Shown here in pieces: positions 11,135 to 24,189 of a DNA stretch of 64,000 bases. The stretch is from positions 2,480,001 to 2,544,000 of the forward strand of contig NEEC01000016.1 of assembly GCA_002189035.1 (NCBI GenBank). The letters run 5' to 3'. The position numbers and the translations under genes are program-made. Every line of letters begins with the position of its first letter. Positions within the stretch are counted from its first letter, which is position 1. The DNA is from Utricularia gibba. Taxonomy: Eukaryota; Plantae; Magnoliophyta. The notes beneath the pieces are model-generated. The model ran no database searches, was not told the origin of the DNA, and was given only the letters and a program-made list of their open reading frames with translations.

Positions 11135-12358
11135 TCAACATAGCGAAAAGATTATTGCTATACACAAGAACCCCAAAGATAATCGAACTCCTCCAGTTCC
11201 ATGAATGACAAGCCGGGGAACTTCAGACGTGTGCCTAGGTAACCAAATAGAGTTATCCGGCGCCAAGGCTGAATCCGGCGGGGCTGCTCCTGGGATGAGA
11301 TCGTCCACCTCAATAGGATTGTTTCCGAACAGCTCTCTTGGAAGCAAAACTTTCGATACCCCGAAGATTGCCACAGGATTTTGATCGAAAGCAGTTTGCG
11401 TCACTGACGCCAGAACTATGCCGGTGTTGATTCCTACCGACCCATTGACTCGGGAAATGTTCAGGGTGAAACTGCCCGCTCCCCTTTGCTCTGTTGCAAG
11501 CGTGGGCTGTACGGGATTTACAATCGACTGTAGAGAGCCCAACGGGTAGTATGAATGAAGGACGTGAAATCTTAGTACCACCGCCTTTACGTCTGCCGGC
11601 AGCGACTGGAATTTAACAGACGACGGCAGATCCGCGAACGCCTCATCGGTGGGAATGAACATTGTGATTCCGGCGCCGCCCTCGTCGGCCTCAAATTCGG
11701 AAACCACTCCCGAGGCAAGTAGCATAGCTGCAGCCACATTGAAATCGTGACCATCGATTAGCGCTTTAGTGATGTTAAGCCCTAGTGGGGGGCGAGTTTC
11801 GGATGTCATCAGATCGAGTACGTAAGGGATTAGCAGGGAATCTAGAGACATGATGGACACGTTGTACGGAAGGGTTTCAATTTGGGAGAGAAGAGTGGCG
11901 TTGGAAGCCGGGGAATGGAATGTGACGGCCCCAGAGGAGGAATCGAAGGTAATGTTAACGGTGCCGGAGTTAGCGGCTGCGCGCCCGGTAGTTTGAAAGA
12001 GGGTAGTGACGAGTTTCCCCGTCGGAGGGAAGCGACGAAGATCGGAAAAGGAGAGATACTCAAGCAGGACATGGTAGCGGAGGACGTCAGCGAGATCAAC
12101 GGAGGGGTGCAGGGACGCGGTGGTTGCGCGGAGGTAGGCATCGGGGACAGCGAGAATGGTGAGGGAAGATCGAGAGGCAAGATCTGCGGCGACAGCGGTG
12201 GAGGAGAGGAGGGCGGAGAAGTCGGAGAGGGCGGAATGGCCGGACAAGAGACGGGTGACGTCGATTGAGGAAACCAAGGAAAAGAGAAAAGGTAAATAGA
12301 GTAAAAATGTAGGTGCAAAACGGGGAACCCGGACTGGGTAAGCCATGGCTGGCATCAA
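11135..12358 (-). CDS. FLA4: Fasciclin-like arabinogalactan protein, FLA4/SOS5 type (intronless, 407 aa)
   Basis: Signal peptide; two fasciclin domains (LTILAVPD...LRYHVLLEYLS; GITMFIPTDEAF...LRFHVLHSYYPLGSLQSIVNPVQPTLATE..GAGSFTLNISRVNGS; TQTAFDQNPVAIFGVSKVLLP) closely matching Arabidopsis FLA4 as recalled; hydrophobic GPI-signal-like C-terminus. Confidence 0.93.
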   Translation of the reverse strand: MMPAMAYPVRVPRFAPTFLLYLPFLFSLVSSIDVTRLLSGHSALSDFSALLSSTAVAADLASRSSLTILAVPDAYLRATTASLHPSVDLADVLRYHVLLEYLSFSDLRRFPPTGKLVTTLFQTTGRAAANSGTVNITFDSSSGAVTFHSPASNATLLSQIETLPYNVSIMSLDSLLIPYVLDLMTSETRPPLGLNITKALIDGHDFNVAAAMLLASGVVSEFEADEGGAGITMFIPTDEAFADLPSSVKFQSLPADVKAVVLRFHVLHSYYPLGSLQSIVNPVQPTLATEQRGAGSFTLNISRVNGSVGINTGIVLASVTQTAFDQNPVAIFGVSKVLLPRELFGNNPIEVDDLIPGAAPPDSALAPDNSIWLPRHTSEVPRLVIHGTGGVRLSLGFLCIAIIFSLC

Positions 12359-13127
12359 GGGCCTGCTTGCTTGTTTTCTACCTCACCTCTGCTCTGTTGC
12401 GAACTCCGCACTGAAGCCAGTGGTGTGACGAAGAAGGGGGTGAGGAGTCATGAGGCGAGGCGAGGTGAGAGTGGGAACGCCGTACTCGTGCCATTTCTAT
12501 TTCTTAGCCATTTCCATCAATATAATATTCAAATTAATTTTTTAAAAAAGGATTGAGCCTAGTGATGAGTATGGAAGCACAATGGAGATGAAGACATAAA
12601 ACCAGCGATACTCTTACAATGTTGTTGTTGCGTGTCATGTCTTCAAAAAATTTTAATTATATAAACATAAAACACAATTAAGCATAATATAAGTATCTAT
12701 CATAAAGAGTTGAGTTTTGTGAAATATGTTTTGTTCTCAAAACATGTTCTAACCTATTTTTCAAAAAATAACTTCTACTTCTTAAGAATTAGAAGTTAAA
12801 AAAAGAAGTAGAAAGTAAAATTTATTTTGTAAAAAGTTATAAATGATGTTTCAATTCTTGTATTGATTTTTTATTGTCATTTTTATGTCAAGTTTCAAAT
12901 TTATCCTTCTATTAAAAATAAATTATCATTTTTATCCATTTATAAAATAAGATCAATATTGATGATATAAAAATTAAATGAGAATAACAATATCATTAAT
13001 TTAAATAAATCATACAATATGAAATACATAAATATATTGAACTGGACAATAAACGAATACAAATAAATTTTTTATTTAAATAGAAATCACAATCGAAACA
13101 CATTAGTTACAATGAACATTTTTTATT

Positions 13128-14312
13128 TTATGAGCTAGTTTGACCATGGTAGATCCTCCATAGATCATTACAGATTGAGTTTCTCAACTCATCCATAGAA
13201 GACTCATTTAGACCTTTACTTGCAACTTCGTCATCACTAGGAAGATGAGGTTTTTTGTTATATTGATCTAAAGTTGCACCATCAACATCAGCATCAACTC
13301 CACACAATCTGTTATGAGGAAAATCATTCACCATATGAAATCTGTTTTTCCATACTCCGAAGGTTTGCTCAATACAGTTGCGTAGTGACAAGTGTTTATA
13401 ATTGAAAAGTTCTTGTGCAGTTCTAAAACTACGGGCACATTGAAAATCAGGTAAATAATACTATTGGTTGCAGAATGGGTACATGTAACCTTTTGGTATT
13501 AGAGAATCCTGAATCTACTAAGTAGCACTTACCAAGTGGTGGTTTTGGAAAATTGCAACAATCATCCCCTAAGCCATAGCATAACAGCCTACTGTCATGA
13601 CACATGTCTTCATTTCCAATCAGTACACAAAAAAAAAAAACACATGTTAAAATTGCAAACAACAGAATATTTTGGGTTCATTCTCCCTTATGTCCAATAA
13701 AACGGATGCAATCAATAGCAAGAACTGAGGCTCTAACATATGTACCATCAATTGCACCAATACAGTCTTTAGAAAAAGGATAATAATTATCATTTGATTG
13801 ATTATATGGATTAATTGTAGGATATGCATTTGGAGGCTGAACCCATACACGGGACAGGACATTCAGATTAAGGCTTGTACTACGTTATTGAAAGCTTTGT
13901 GGATGGTATCAGCCCCACGCTGGAAAAACTCTTGCAAAGAACGATTTGTTTCTCGATGTCCGACTACATTAAGGAACATGGCTACTTCTTCTTCAACAGC
14001 AACTTGTGATCTTCTCTTTAGACCATAATCATTCACAAGTAGATGACAAAGTTGAAGAAAAGTGGGAGTGTTCATCCATAAAGAGTTGTATGCCCTACAG
14101 TCATGGCCATTAAGCATATCGAAAAGCCATGAACAACCACTAATTGGTCGATTATTGAAAGGTTGTTTCACCATATAGCACTCGTGGTAGGCGCCTACTA
14201 CTCCTACAGCTTGACATGTTTGATGCAATGCATGTTTGTCATCATCGGAATCAGTACTCACTTCTGAAGAATGAGGAGAATTATCCGATGAAGACATGAT
14301 TGAAGAATGCAA
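13128..14312 (-). pseudogene. Harbinger DDE transposase (DDE_Tnp_4-like), frameshifted
   Basis: LNGHDCRAYNSLWMNTPTFLQLCHLL...YGL...EEEVAMFLNVVGH...FQRGADTI; CIGAIDGT (~13750-13775); FPKPPLGKCYLVDSGF; SLRNCIEQTFGVWKNRF. Confidence 0.88.
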
Positions 14313-14347
14313 CCACTAAATATGAATATTTATAGTGACACGAAAGT

Positions 14348-14600
14348 GAAAATAAAGGCCACAAAGAAGTGGAAAATAAAGTCACGAGACAGTGGAAAAA
14401 AAGTCACGAGCTAGTGGAAAATAAAGTCATGAGATAGTGGAAAATAAGGTCACGAGATAGTGGAAAATAAAGTCACAAGATAATGAAAAATAAAGCAATA
14501 AGATAGTGGAATAAAGTCACAAGAAAGTGGAAATAAGTTCACTAGAAAGTGGGGATAATATCACAAAAAAGTAAAGACAATTTCACAAAACAAAAAAAAT
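14348..14600. repeat. 23-bp minisatellite, about 11 decaying copies
   Basis: Unit AGTGGAAAATAAAGTCACGAGAT (e.g. starts at 14413 and 14436). Confidence 0.9.
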
Positions 14601-14749
14601 AAAGTCCTAAGATAGAGGAATTATCTTCATAAAAAAGAAGAAATAAAAGTAACAATGTAGAAAACTCATAACAAAGTAGACATGTCACATTAGTCCTAAG
14701 TTACAATAACATCAAATCTTATGTGGCGAACTAGCAGCTCAAGGATTAG

Positions 14750-15770
14750 GAAGTGCTCATGTGACTCTTCAAATATGTTATGCATTTATCATCAATGTCA
14801 ATGGTTAAGAAAATATGACGTTCAATTGTCTTGGCGAAGAGGTGCTATCCCTTGCACCATAAAGTATTACCACCAATGATCCCCTTGGTATTATCCAATA
14901 TCTTAACACACTCTTCTACAAGCCATAGATCATTCTTCATTAACTAACGTCCATTATCTTCAGTAATCTGCTTGATCGAATTCACAATAATGTTTGAGTT
15001 ACTTCCTTTTCCACTCTTTCGTTTCCTTGGTTGTTCTTCTCATAGACTATTACCAAATATACGACTAGCACTTTCACCTAAAGTTGGTGTTCCAAAATCA
15101 TTAACCACAGGTTCATATGTCCAATCAAAGGTGTTATCCTCCATCTTAGGGACACATTCAACTTCATCATCCATCCCCCCTGTTAGAAATCCAGAGCTTG
15201 GTGTGTAGCTATATTGACCAATCGTAATGATACCACGAAGAGTTCTTCCATGAGTTCTTTGTGTGGTGGCGATCCATCACAAAATTTTTCAGCTTGCTTA
15301 TTCTTCTACAAGTAAGAAACCCAAAAAGCAAAAGCCAAATAATCACCATAGAAGATATCAAATACTATTAAAACCAATAATGTATATCATTAAAATAGAA
15401 TAAATAAACTTAAAGAATAAATTACCACAATCCTTTTTGCCCATCATTCATCATTAGCAAGCATCGTGTTTTTTGTCATATCCCAACCTACATCAGTCCA
15501 ATTCACAAGTCAAATCCACAATGTCCATAATGCTCGAAGATCATACCACTTATTCTTGATTGTTTCATTGAATACTCATCTCTAGTTTGACTAATTAGTT
15601 TATTAAGAATATTCAACCTATCGATCTTGTTGAATGAGGTAGTAGGTCGATTCCCACCATGAACCTCAGTCATGCAAATCTCGAGAAATAAAAAAACCCA
15701 TCCAAGAATCTGCTCTCATTTTGCACCACCTTTTTGGTTAGTTTCATTACCTCCAACACTATTTTTCCCT
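14750..15770 (-). pseudogene. Harbinger Myb/SANT-like second ORF, heavily decayed
   Basis: Minus-strand remnants resembling GNR...GW...QLKNKW...TGxGWD...TI..xDEWW (15430-15700) followed by acidic/Ser-rich segments. Confidence 0.6.
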
Positions 15771-16699
15771 TGTCCATTACTATGTCACAAAGTCAAAAAA
15801 AAGTAAAAAAAATAAAGAAATATACTAGAATAAGTTGAAGACATATCTATATTAATGGAGTAAAGAAAAATAGACCATTAAGCATGAAAAATTACAGCAA
15901 CGTTAACCGTAGAGCAAGTCATAAATTAATATCTCACAATGTAAAATCTCAACCCAAATTTTTTTTTTTTGAGCAAAATAGTGCAACATATATAATACAA
16001 CAAGTTTCCAATCCAAACTTAGCTATTAAATGCAACAAAAGTAACAGCAACTCAGGCACAACATTAAATACAATTTTTTTTAAAAAAGCTGAGCCACAAT
16101 TCACAGCTTTCTCTCTAGCTTGGTTAAAAAGCAAGGATCCAATGCAAACCCAGATTACGATCAAAAAAATGAAACAAAACTAGAGTAATAAAAAAAACCT
16201 GTTACCTTTGGAATTTCGAAGAACCTCCAACAAATGTCACTCCTAAAAAGCCCGTTGTTCAATCCTGGAGATTGAAATCACAGTTGGCTATGAAATTCCT
16301 AAACCTTAAAGTATTGTCGAAGGGAAGAGAATTATTGGAAATAGGATGAAATATTGAATATATTTTTGTAATGAAGGATAAATTTATAAATTTACAATGA
16401 GAAGTAAAAATAAAAAGTAAGAAATAACTCAAAGTTACTTCTCATATCTAATATATTTTGTAGAAATAGTTAAAAAGTAATAAGCAGTAAGTAAAATCCT
16501 GTATTTTTCTGATTTATTTGTACTTCTACTTTTTTGAGAAGTAGAAGTAAAAAAAAAGTAGTTTAGAACATGGCCTAAGTTATTACAAATTGTTACATGT
16601 TTGCAAAGAAATTTAAAATATTGAAACACGAAATGAATTGTATTTAATGAACATTGCTAAAGGGAAGCAGTTCCTAGGAATGACATTTCCTAGGAACTG

Positions 16700-18202
16700 C
16701 CAATCAGAAAGTGCCACATGTTTTAATATAGTATTGACATGTGTTTCGTATAGAATAAGAAAGTGCCTTGTGTTTTTATCGTGGTGACATGTTTCATTTA
16801 AAGGAGTTACAGATAAGCATGACTAATGCTATAAAAGAAAGATAGATGAAAGGAAAAATATTGGGAAAGGAGGAAAACATGGGGGATCGAAGGGGGATCT
16901 ATTGATAAGAGATAGTTTGTATTGTTGAGGAATCCAATCTTTTATGAGCTATGTGATGGTGCCAATATCATGGAAATTCGTAGGCTTATATTAGAGTGAA
17001 ATATGAAGGGTTTCATTTTGGAAGGAGCTATTTTAGACAAGGGTAAGCGGGATGATGGGCTCTGAATTTATGTGTTGTGTCCTATGTACAAATCTATGCT
17101 TATGTGATTATCTATATGGTTCATGATTTTTATGTGCTGCTTGGCTATGTTTCATGAGGCATGCTGAACGTGACCTCTCTTTATGTTTTGATTATGTTTC
17201 AAAAAGAATTTATCAGTTTGGAGATGGGAGTAGGAAGTTATGGGTTTGTCTTTTAAAACCTTTGAAATCTGCCTAGCCTTAGAAATTGGTCTTTAGTCCA
17301 ATCTCTTGATTTTGTAACTTTCTAATGGGTACTCAAATTTATATCATTTATGTTACTAGATAAAGCCGTGCTCTTTAACTTTCAAATGCTTTTTATTTAG
17401 TAATTTTAAACAAAGGTACAGTTTGTTAAAGTAGAAAACCTATGGGGGCTGTGGATGCACACTCCTACATGCCAAGCATACTTGAGGCAACTGCTTATGT
17501 AGTTTTAGTCACCACACAATATGTGGTTGAGGAATTGAAAGGAAAAGGGAAAAGGGGCTATAACCATGTATAGTTGGTAAAGGGGGTGGCACTTCTCTAC
17601 TGATTTCATAAGCTCAAAGCTAAAAGGAACCTTGTAACCTTTGTTTCTAAGGTTGCGAGAATGAGGTTACCCATGAAAATGGTCACATAATAAATGGATT
17701 CATGATATGTTAAATGTTACTGCTTATTCTTCATGTTTTCTAATGAGCCATTATTCTGAATGGTTATATACTTGCTCTACATGACCTTCTTTTATTCTAT
17801 GTATTGCATTCAGTGCCTTGATTGCTAATTATTCTAGAAAATAAGTGGAAAAAGTAGGATTAGGTATTTTGATCCAGGTCATAACGGAAGGGAACTCACT
17901 ACCAGCCATTTTGGTGCCCAATCTAGTCCTTGTATTTCTAAGTTGTCTTTTATATGAGTCCTTTAAATATTGAGTCTATATAGGGAGTCGAATTAGTTAA
18001 ACTAAATATGTTGTCCACACCATGCTTACTATGGTTATGTGAACGGCTTTTTTTTTGTTTCACCTCTTCCTATATCATGTTCAAAAAACTATATCCAATT
18101 CCCCTATGATTTTAAGTTGATAGGATAATAGGGTCTTATGTTCTTCTTTGGGAACATGGCATCAAGGCCTAAGTTTATAATATGTGAATTTGGGCCTTGA
18201 TA
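16700..18202 (+). mobile_element. Gypsy-type long LTR fragment (family E)
   Basis: 3' end GGGCCTTGATA (GGGCCTTGACA in the copy at 5851); ~800 bp shared with 5851-6780; a similar end near 45650. Left boundary approximate. Confidence 0.55.
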
Positions 18203-18390
18203 GTAAAAGCAATGAATAACCTACTTTTAGTTGCACACTTTTACAAAGAGGCATGGGAATAGCCTCATGTGGTTTCCCCTTGAATGATTGAGAGTACAAG
18301 TAGATTGCCATTGATTACCCTTAAAATTGAATTCTATACATGTGTCTGGTCATTGTCAATGACTAATAGTCTGGGTACGAGATCACTACC

Positions 18391-21300
18391 TGTCATGACC
18401 CACTTTTAGGGCCTGGGAAAGATAAGTCGTGACCACCCAGTCCTAGCTAAAACACTAGAACTCAGGGTGTCTTTCATTACATGATCTAATAATAGTAAAT
18501 GGGTAATTACTTATGTAAACTAGATATAAGACTTTGTCCAAGTACTTTTGTATAACATAGTTCATAAGTTCATAATGAAATAGATTCAAAACAAAAAGTA
18601 TATTATACATACATATATCATACTCATACAAACCTAGTAAACAAGCTACACTAATATATACTCATATTCATAGAACTCTGGAAAGCATGGTTGATCACTG
18701 GACCTCTACTGGCTCCCTTCATCCCCTAAAATAAATAAAAGAGTGGTCATGCTTTTAAGTTTTAAAACAAGTGAAGATCAAGAAAGAATATAGAGAATTT
18801 ATAAAAGAAACTTGAAACACATTGTGACTCCCATAACTATATTTTCTCACTTCTCATGTCCATCTAGCCTTGGCCTTGCTATCAGTCCATGATAGGTGAG
18901 ACATAAAGTGCCCTTATTCATGATTCCACACCCAGGAGAGCCACCTCCAATCATAAAACCACAAGCGCAGGCCATACATAACTTATCATATCATATCTTG
19001 CATAGGTTTCATACTTTTTGACCTTCCATTTATACATGGTGCCTCAGACATGTTTGACATATTAGCCATAGTGCCCGTGGTATAACCACGTTGCTGAAGA
19101 TATGCGTCCATATCCCCTCCATTCTTTCCTATCTTGTTTATCTTAAAGATACATATTGCAAATATCATCTTAAAGATAACAAAGGTGGCTATCAGTGAAA
19201 AGAATCATACTTTTGGGACTCAAAAATAGTTTTTCTTAAATAAAATGAAATAACCCACTCCCTTGTTAGAACTTTCATATAACATAAAAGGGTTTTGAGC
19301 ATAGACACAATCACGTCCAGAGTAATGGAAATTAAACACCAATATCACATAGGCACATAACTTTTCAGAATTCAATTTCAAAGATAAGTAAAGCTTCAAA
19401 AGCAATCATGCCACTTACCTTAACACCTTAGACTCCAAACCAACTCTAAAGCTTCGTTCACTGAAGGCACTATAACCTTTCATTCAAACCTCTCCTCCTT
19501 GCCTTTTGTAAAACTCAAAAATAAAATGAAAGAACCTTACATTCCATCATATATATATATTCCCATCTATATCTCCTCCTTATTTTGCATGCCACATGTG
19601 ACACACATGCATGACGTACAAGTGGCGCACATGCAAGAGGACACATGGTGCACCTGCAACATGACATGTGGCGCACATGAGAGATGACACATGTCACGCA
19701 CTTAGTGGTTGTCACTTAGATACATTTGATTGGCTAGGTTAGTATTGTTGGGTTTCTCGTAGACATTGTATGTCTCAAAAGCAGCGGAATTTTAAAATTT
19801 TTGAGAAACCCCCAATGCAAATCTTGGAATACGGTATACATTAGACAAAGGGATTCTGAAATACCTTTCAAATGACTCCGTTGATTACCAACCGCCAATA
19901 GCAGACGGCCTCTATGGTATCCACACGTGGAGCACTCCGTTGATAACTTTCTCAAGGCTTTTGAATGCTGGTCGAATTTCTCAGGTGCTAGTAGAGAAAA
20001 ACGCCTCCTTGTAGATTAGTCTTAGAGAGCACGAAGACCTTTTTTAAGCAGATCTCAAGATCTAAATCTTTTTTATAGATATTTTTGACATATCAAATCA
20101 TATCTATATGAGATCTTTTATTTTGAGTTTAATCAATATTAATCTCAAAATAATTCTCTATTTAATTTATCTACTTTACCAATTACATCTCATGTAATTG
20201 TGTCATTCTATTTTATATCGATGAGTGACTCCATTATTGTGTGTGACCCTATAGGCTTCCTCCATCAAGGCCGTAATAATGGATTTATTAATTAACTCTT
20301 AATTAATCAAATCCATCATTATCGATCATGAGTGATGTCTAGCAACATATCATGATTCCCAAGATTAAAGAATAATCAGGTGAACTCATTGAGCCTTTCC
20401 ATGACCAGCCACCATGCAATGAACAGCTTTCATCATACTTATATCTCATTCGGTACCAGAACATGGGTGTGTGTCTTTCTGATGTATCGAACTTATAATT
20501 GCATTCAAGCACTAACACTCAATGACCTACTCAAACAATTCGAGTGTCATTACCCTGGGCCCAGAACTTACTGTTAGGCTTTGATGTAATTACTTGAGAT
20601 ATGATCTCATTGCTAACATGAGTGATGAATCATTTATTGATCAATCAACTATCTCCAACCTTAAGGAATCACATCCCTACTCATCCATACTAGGCAAGCC
20701 ATGGTTAGACTCCCATTAGTAATGAGCGAAAATGTGAACTTAAGATCAAGATAACTTTGTTGACCTCAAGTTTAAGCTTACTTGCACGGCTGTCATATTC
20801 GAGATCATGCTACTGACACTTGGTTAGCTTGCCATAGTAGCATCTCGAAGATGAGTCATCTAGTGAATCGATTCTCTAATCGATACCCACACATAGGTTC
20901 TAGTAATCACATTACATCAATTGTTAGAACCATTGCCTAAACTGTTTAGGGAACTCAATGTGTGCCAGCTTATCCGTATTTGTGATATACTCATTTCACA
21001 AATACTTCTAGCCAGGGAGATTTAACTTGATCATGAGTGCTTGAAGAATCTCACATTATGATCTCATCATAATTTCTATAGCACATAGATCAAGTAGAGG
21101 ATTTTATGAATGATATAAATTTGATGACAATTCAAAGTAAATATCAAAAGATAAGATTTTCCAATGAGTTGATTGTCTCTAGAACACATACACTAACAAG
21201 TATAAAGTAGAACAAGTTAAAAGTAAAGAGTAAAGTCCTTAAAGCTTGAATCCTAATACTACCCATCCATTAACAAAGTATCCTAATCATAGATAATTCA

Positions 21301-21620
21301 CCGTTTACCTCAAAATAATAGGATTGAGGTTGGTTCTCTTCACCTTGCTCTACATCAAAATCTACAAAAGGTAGCCAGTTGCACATTGACCATGAGTAAA
21401 AGGTATAACAGAAAGACTATAATATTACACACGGAAATATATAAAATTCGGAAGAAATTTAATAAATAACCAAGATATTTTGAAGGAAACTTCATCAATT
21501 CTTAAAAATTAACAATGTTTAATCATGAATGATCATGATAAATAGAACCGAAAATGAGAAAAGAAAAGTCTTCTTTTTTCCTATGGTGGAGAGGAAGAAT
21601 AAAAGTTATGCAAAGTTCAA
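18391..21620. mobile_element. Gypsy-type long LTR fragment interrupted by an Angela solo LTR
   Basis: Terminus TGTCATGACCC at 18391; internal parts repeated at 5421-5830 and 47330-47560 (reverse complement). Confidence 0.55.
19746..21198 (-). mobile_element. Solo LTR of Angela-type Ty1/copia (family C, 1453 bp)
   Basis: TGTTGGG...CTAACA; perfect TSD AGTAT (19741-19745, 21199-21203); reverse complement of the LTR at 33795-35241; the empty site is visible near 5460. Confidence 0.95.
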
Positions 21621-23079
21621 GTGTGAAAAGCTCAGACAGAAAGGTACATCTAATGAGTTCAAAACTTGATTTTGTTCACATCCCCAAAGTGCATTTATGT
21701 CTCCTACGCATTTTCAGCTTTTCCATTCATGCAAGTAATTTTCTAATCATCAGAGTAAATTCTGAGAAAAAAGAGGGAGATGATTAAGAAAGAGATTTTA
21801 GTCTTGAGCTCATCCAGTACTGAACTCAACTTTGTGTTACTATTTCGAGTTGGAAATAGAAGCTAGCAGAGGTTGTAGAAATGAACTTTTTTTCTTCATA
21901 CATTATGAATTTTTATGTTTATTTTTTAATTTTCAAAGTTGTAACTATGAACATGCATTTACTTTCAGTTTATGAAGTTGAGCTGATTAATTTATTTATG
22001 AGTACCTAAGGTCGTTGTGGTGCCTTGGAGAACAAAGGGGGAATGTGTATAGTTTTGTCCTAGGCTATGGAACTTGAGAGTGTTAGTGTGTCTTTTCTCA
22101 AAATCCCAAAATAGATCCAAGAGGGGGAAAAGAGAAAGAACATCTTACTCAGATAGTCCAACTTAAAGGTTGATCAAAGGGTTGGTATGTTGGTACATCG
22201 TTAGATTTTTCTAGGAAGATACCTATAGGACCAGATAGATCTAGTCATATTTACCTTACTGAATGATAGACCTAAGTGTAAGGGTGGTCTAGGAAACTTA
22301 GGAAAACTAGAACCAAAAAATCATGGAGGTTGTCGGGGTAGACCTAAACGATCTTGAGTTAATTGAATTTTTTTAGTTTAAAAGAGTCAATCACTAAACT
22401 AAGAAGCTATTAATTAATAATGTATTTAAATAAATGTATATCATGTTATTAGGATTAAAAATTTATTTAATATAGAATTTTAGTATATATGTTTTTAAAA
22501 TAATATCGTATTTGATATTTGTGTTTAAAATAGATAATTGATACTAATGAATAGTAAAAGATAATTTTATCTGTCATTTTTATTGAATTTGTCTTTTTAA
22601 TAAAATTTACCTAACCTTAATAGTCAAGAGTTCCTTCAAAGATTGTGTTCACTCTTTCAAAAATGTCTACATATCAGGGTAGAGGTATAAGATATATGTG
22701 ATTTATGCATAATAATGCATAGATGTGATATGTGAATTATGGGAAATTATGCGAAAACGTTTAAATCCACTTCTCATGGACTGTACACTTCTATTTCTAC
22801 ACTTAATTATATTGAACTCAGTCTTGAACATTGTAGATGTGATAATGGATTTTTTTATGACGTATATTATGATTTTTAATAATTTTTTAAGGTTATTTTA
22901 TATATTTTTACCTACCTTTCGTTATATTTTTAAATGACTTTAATATGTTTCATATCAATTTGATCTTTTTGAAGGAAAAGTATATTTTATAATTTTTTGA
23001 CATGATTTCATTCTAAATTGGAAGAAAATAGAGATAATTTGGGTGGAGGTTAACATTGAGCTATGTGGATGAAGACTTG

Positions 23080-24189
23080 TGATAAGTGATTGTGTGTCAA
23101 TTATATTTATGTTTTTTAGAACTTACTTAGATAAGTTTCGCATCCTTTTTATCTCACATTTCCTATGTTTTTAGAAGAATTTTATATCTTTCAGGAGGGA
23201 AAGTATGTTTTGTGATTTTTCAAAATAATTTTGACCTAATTTGGAAGATTTTCGAGTTGACTTTGATGGAGGCAAAGATTTGGTCTATCTAAATGAAGAC
23301 TCAGTCAAAGATTCTCATATAAGATAAGATTCGTATCTTATCTTTGAAAATTTACATCTTACCCTAGAAGATTCAGATGAAAGACTTGATATCGGCCCAT
23401 CAAGAAAGCTTGACAAGTCTTCATCATTATATAAAGACCAGAACTCGAAGATCGAGGGGGGGGGTGAGAGAGAGTCAGTTTAGGGTTTAGAGTCGTGTCC
23501 AACATGTTTTGGATTCTTTTCCTTTCGTTTTTCATCAACTTTTATTGTTTCGAGTCGAGCATGTGCGTGTGAGCTATTGCGGCTAAGGATATGCGGTGAA
23601 GCCTTGCTTGCACAAGTTCTTCGCATGTGACTATCTTACTATATTTTTCAGCATTTAATTTAAAATTTGATTCTATTTTTCATAACGTTTTCTTTTCCAA
23701 TGTGATCTTTAGTACCATATAACCATAAGAGAGTGTGGGATAATCAAAAGATGGCCTCAAGCACTTAAGGGGAAGGGCTCAATCGAACATCATTGGTAAG
23801 ACATATTCTGTCTAATCAGTCTGTAAGGTAAGAGATGTAGGGGTTAGATTTGGATGTGGCTTTAGTGGCGTGGTTGATTCCATAATCGCACAAAACAAAG
23901 GACGGTGCTATAATGGTCATCGAGTAGCACTACATTAGAATAATACTCCCAAAGCTTGCGCATGCAGGCCAGCCTTCAAGGTTTACATATACACACAAGG
24001 ATGAGTTTTAAGCAAGGTGAATCCTAGATCCAAAGCCTCTTTTCTTATTGTTCTTAAAACCAAATCTTTCTTTTGTTTTCAGTCTTTTTGAGTCTTTGTT
24101 TGAAAAGAAAATTCCAATAACAATTCTATGTGGATACGATCTTATTTTATTACTTCGACGGTTTCTGTGCACTTGCAGAAAGTGTGTCA
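23080..24189 (+). mobile_element. Athila-type LTR, family B (preceded by a partial related LTR from ~22860)
   Basis: TGATAAG...GTGTCA; similar to 58925-60072 and 54540-55225; no TSD found. Confidence 0.7.

Larger units (their letters stand above)
12740..16575 (-). mobile_element. Near full-length degenerate PIF/Harbinger DNA transposon
   Basis: Right TIR GTTTAGAACATGGCC followed by TAA (16561-16578); degenerate left TIR CATGTTCTAAC (~12743-12753); AGAAGTAGAAG/CTTCTACTTCT subterminal repeats at both ends; both Harbinger ORFs inside. Confidence 0.8.

Noticed and set aside
11842-12318. Pro-rich and Gly-rich ORFs (11842-12318 minus, 11882-12268 plus)
   Set aside because: Alternative-frame shadows of the GC-rich FLA4 CDS.
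14348-14600. CRISPR-like array
   Set aside because: Head-to-tail units with no unique spacers, in a eukaryotic context.
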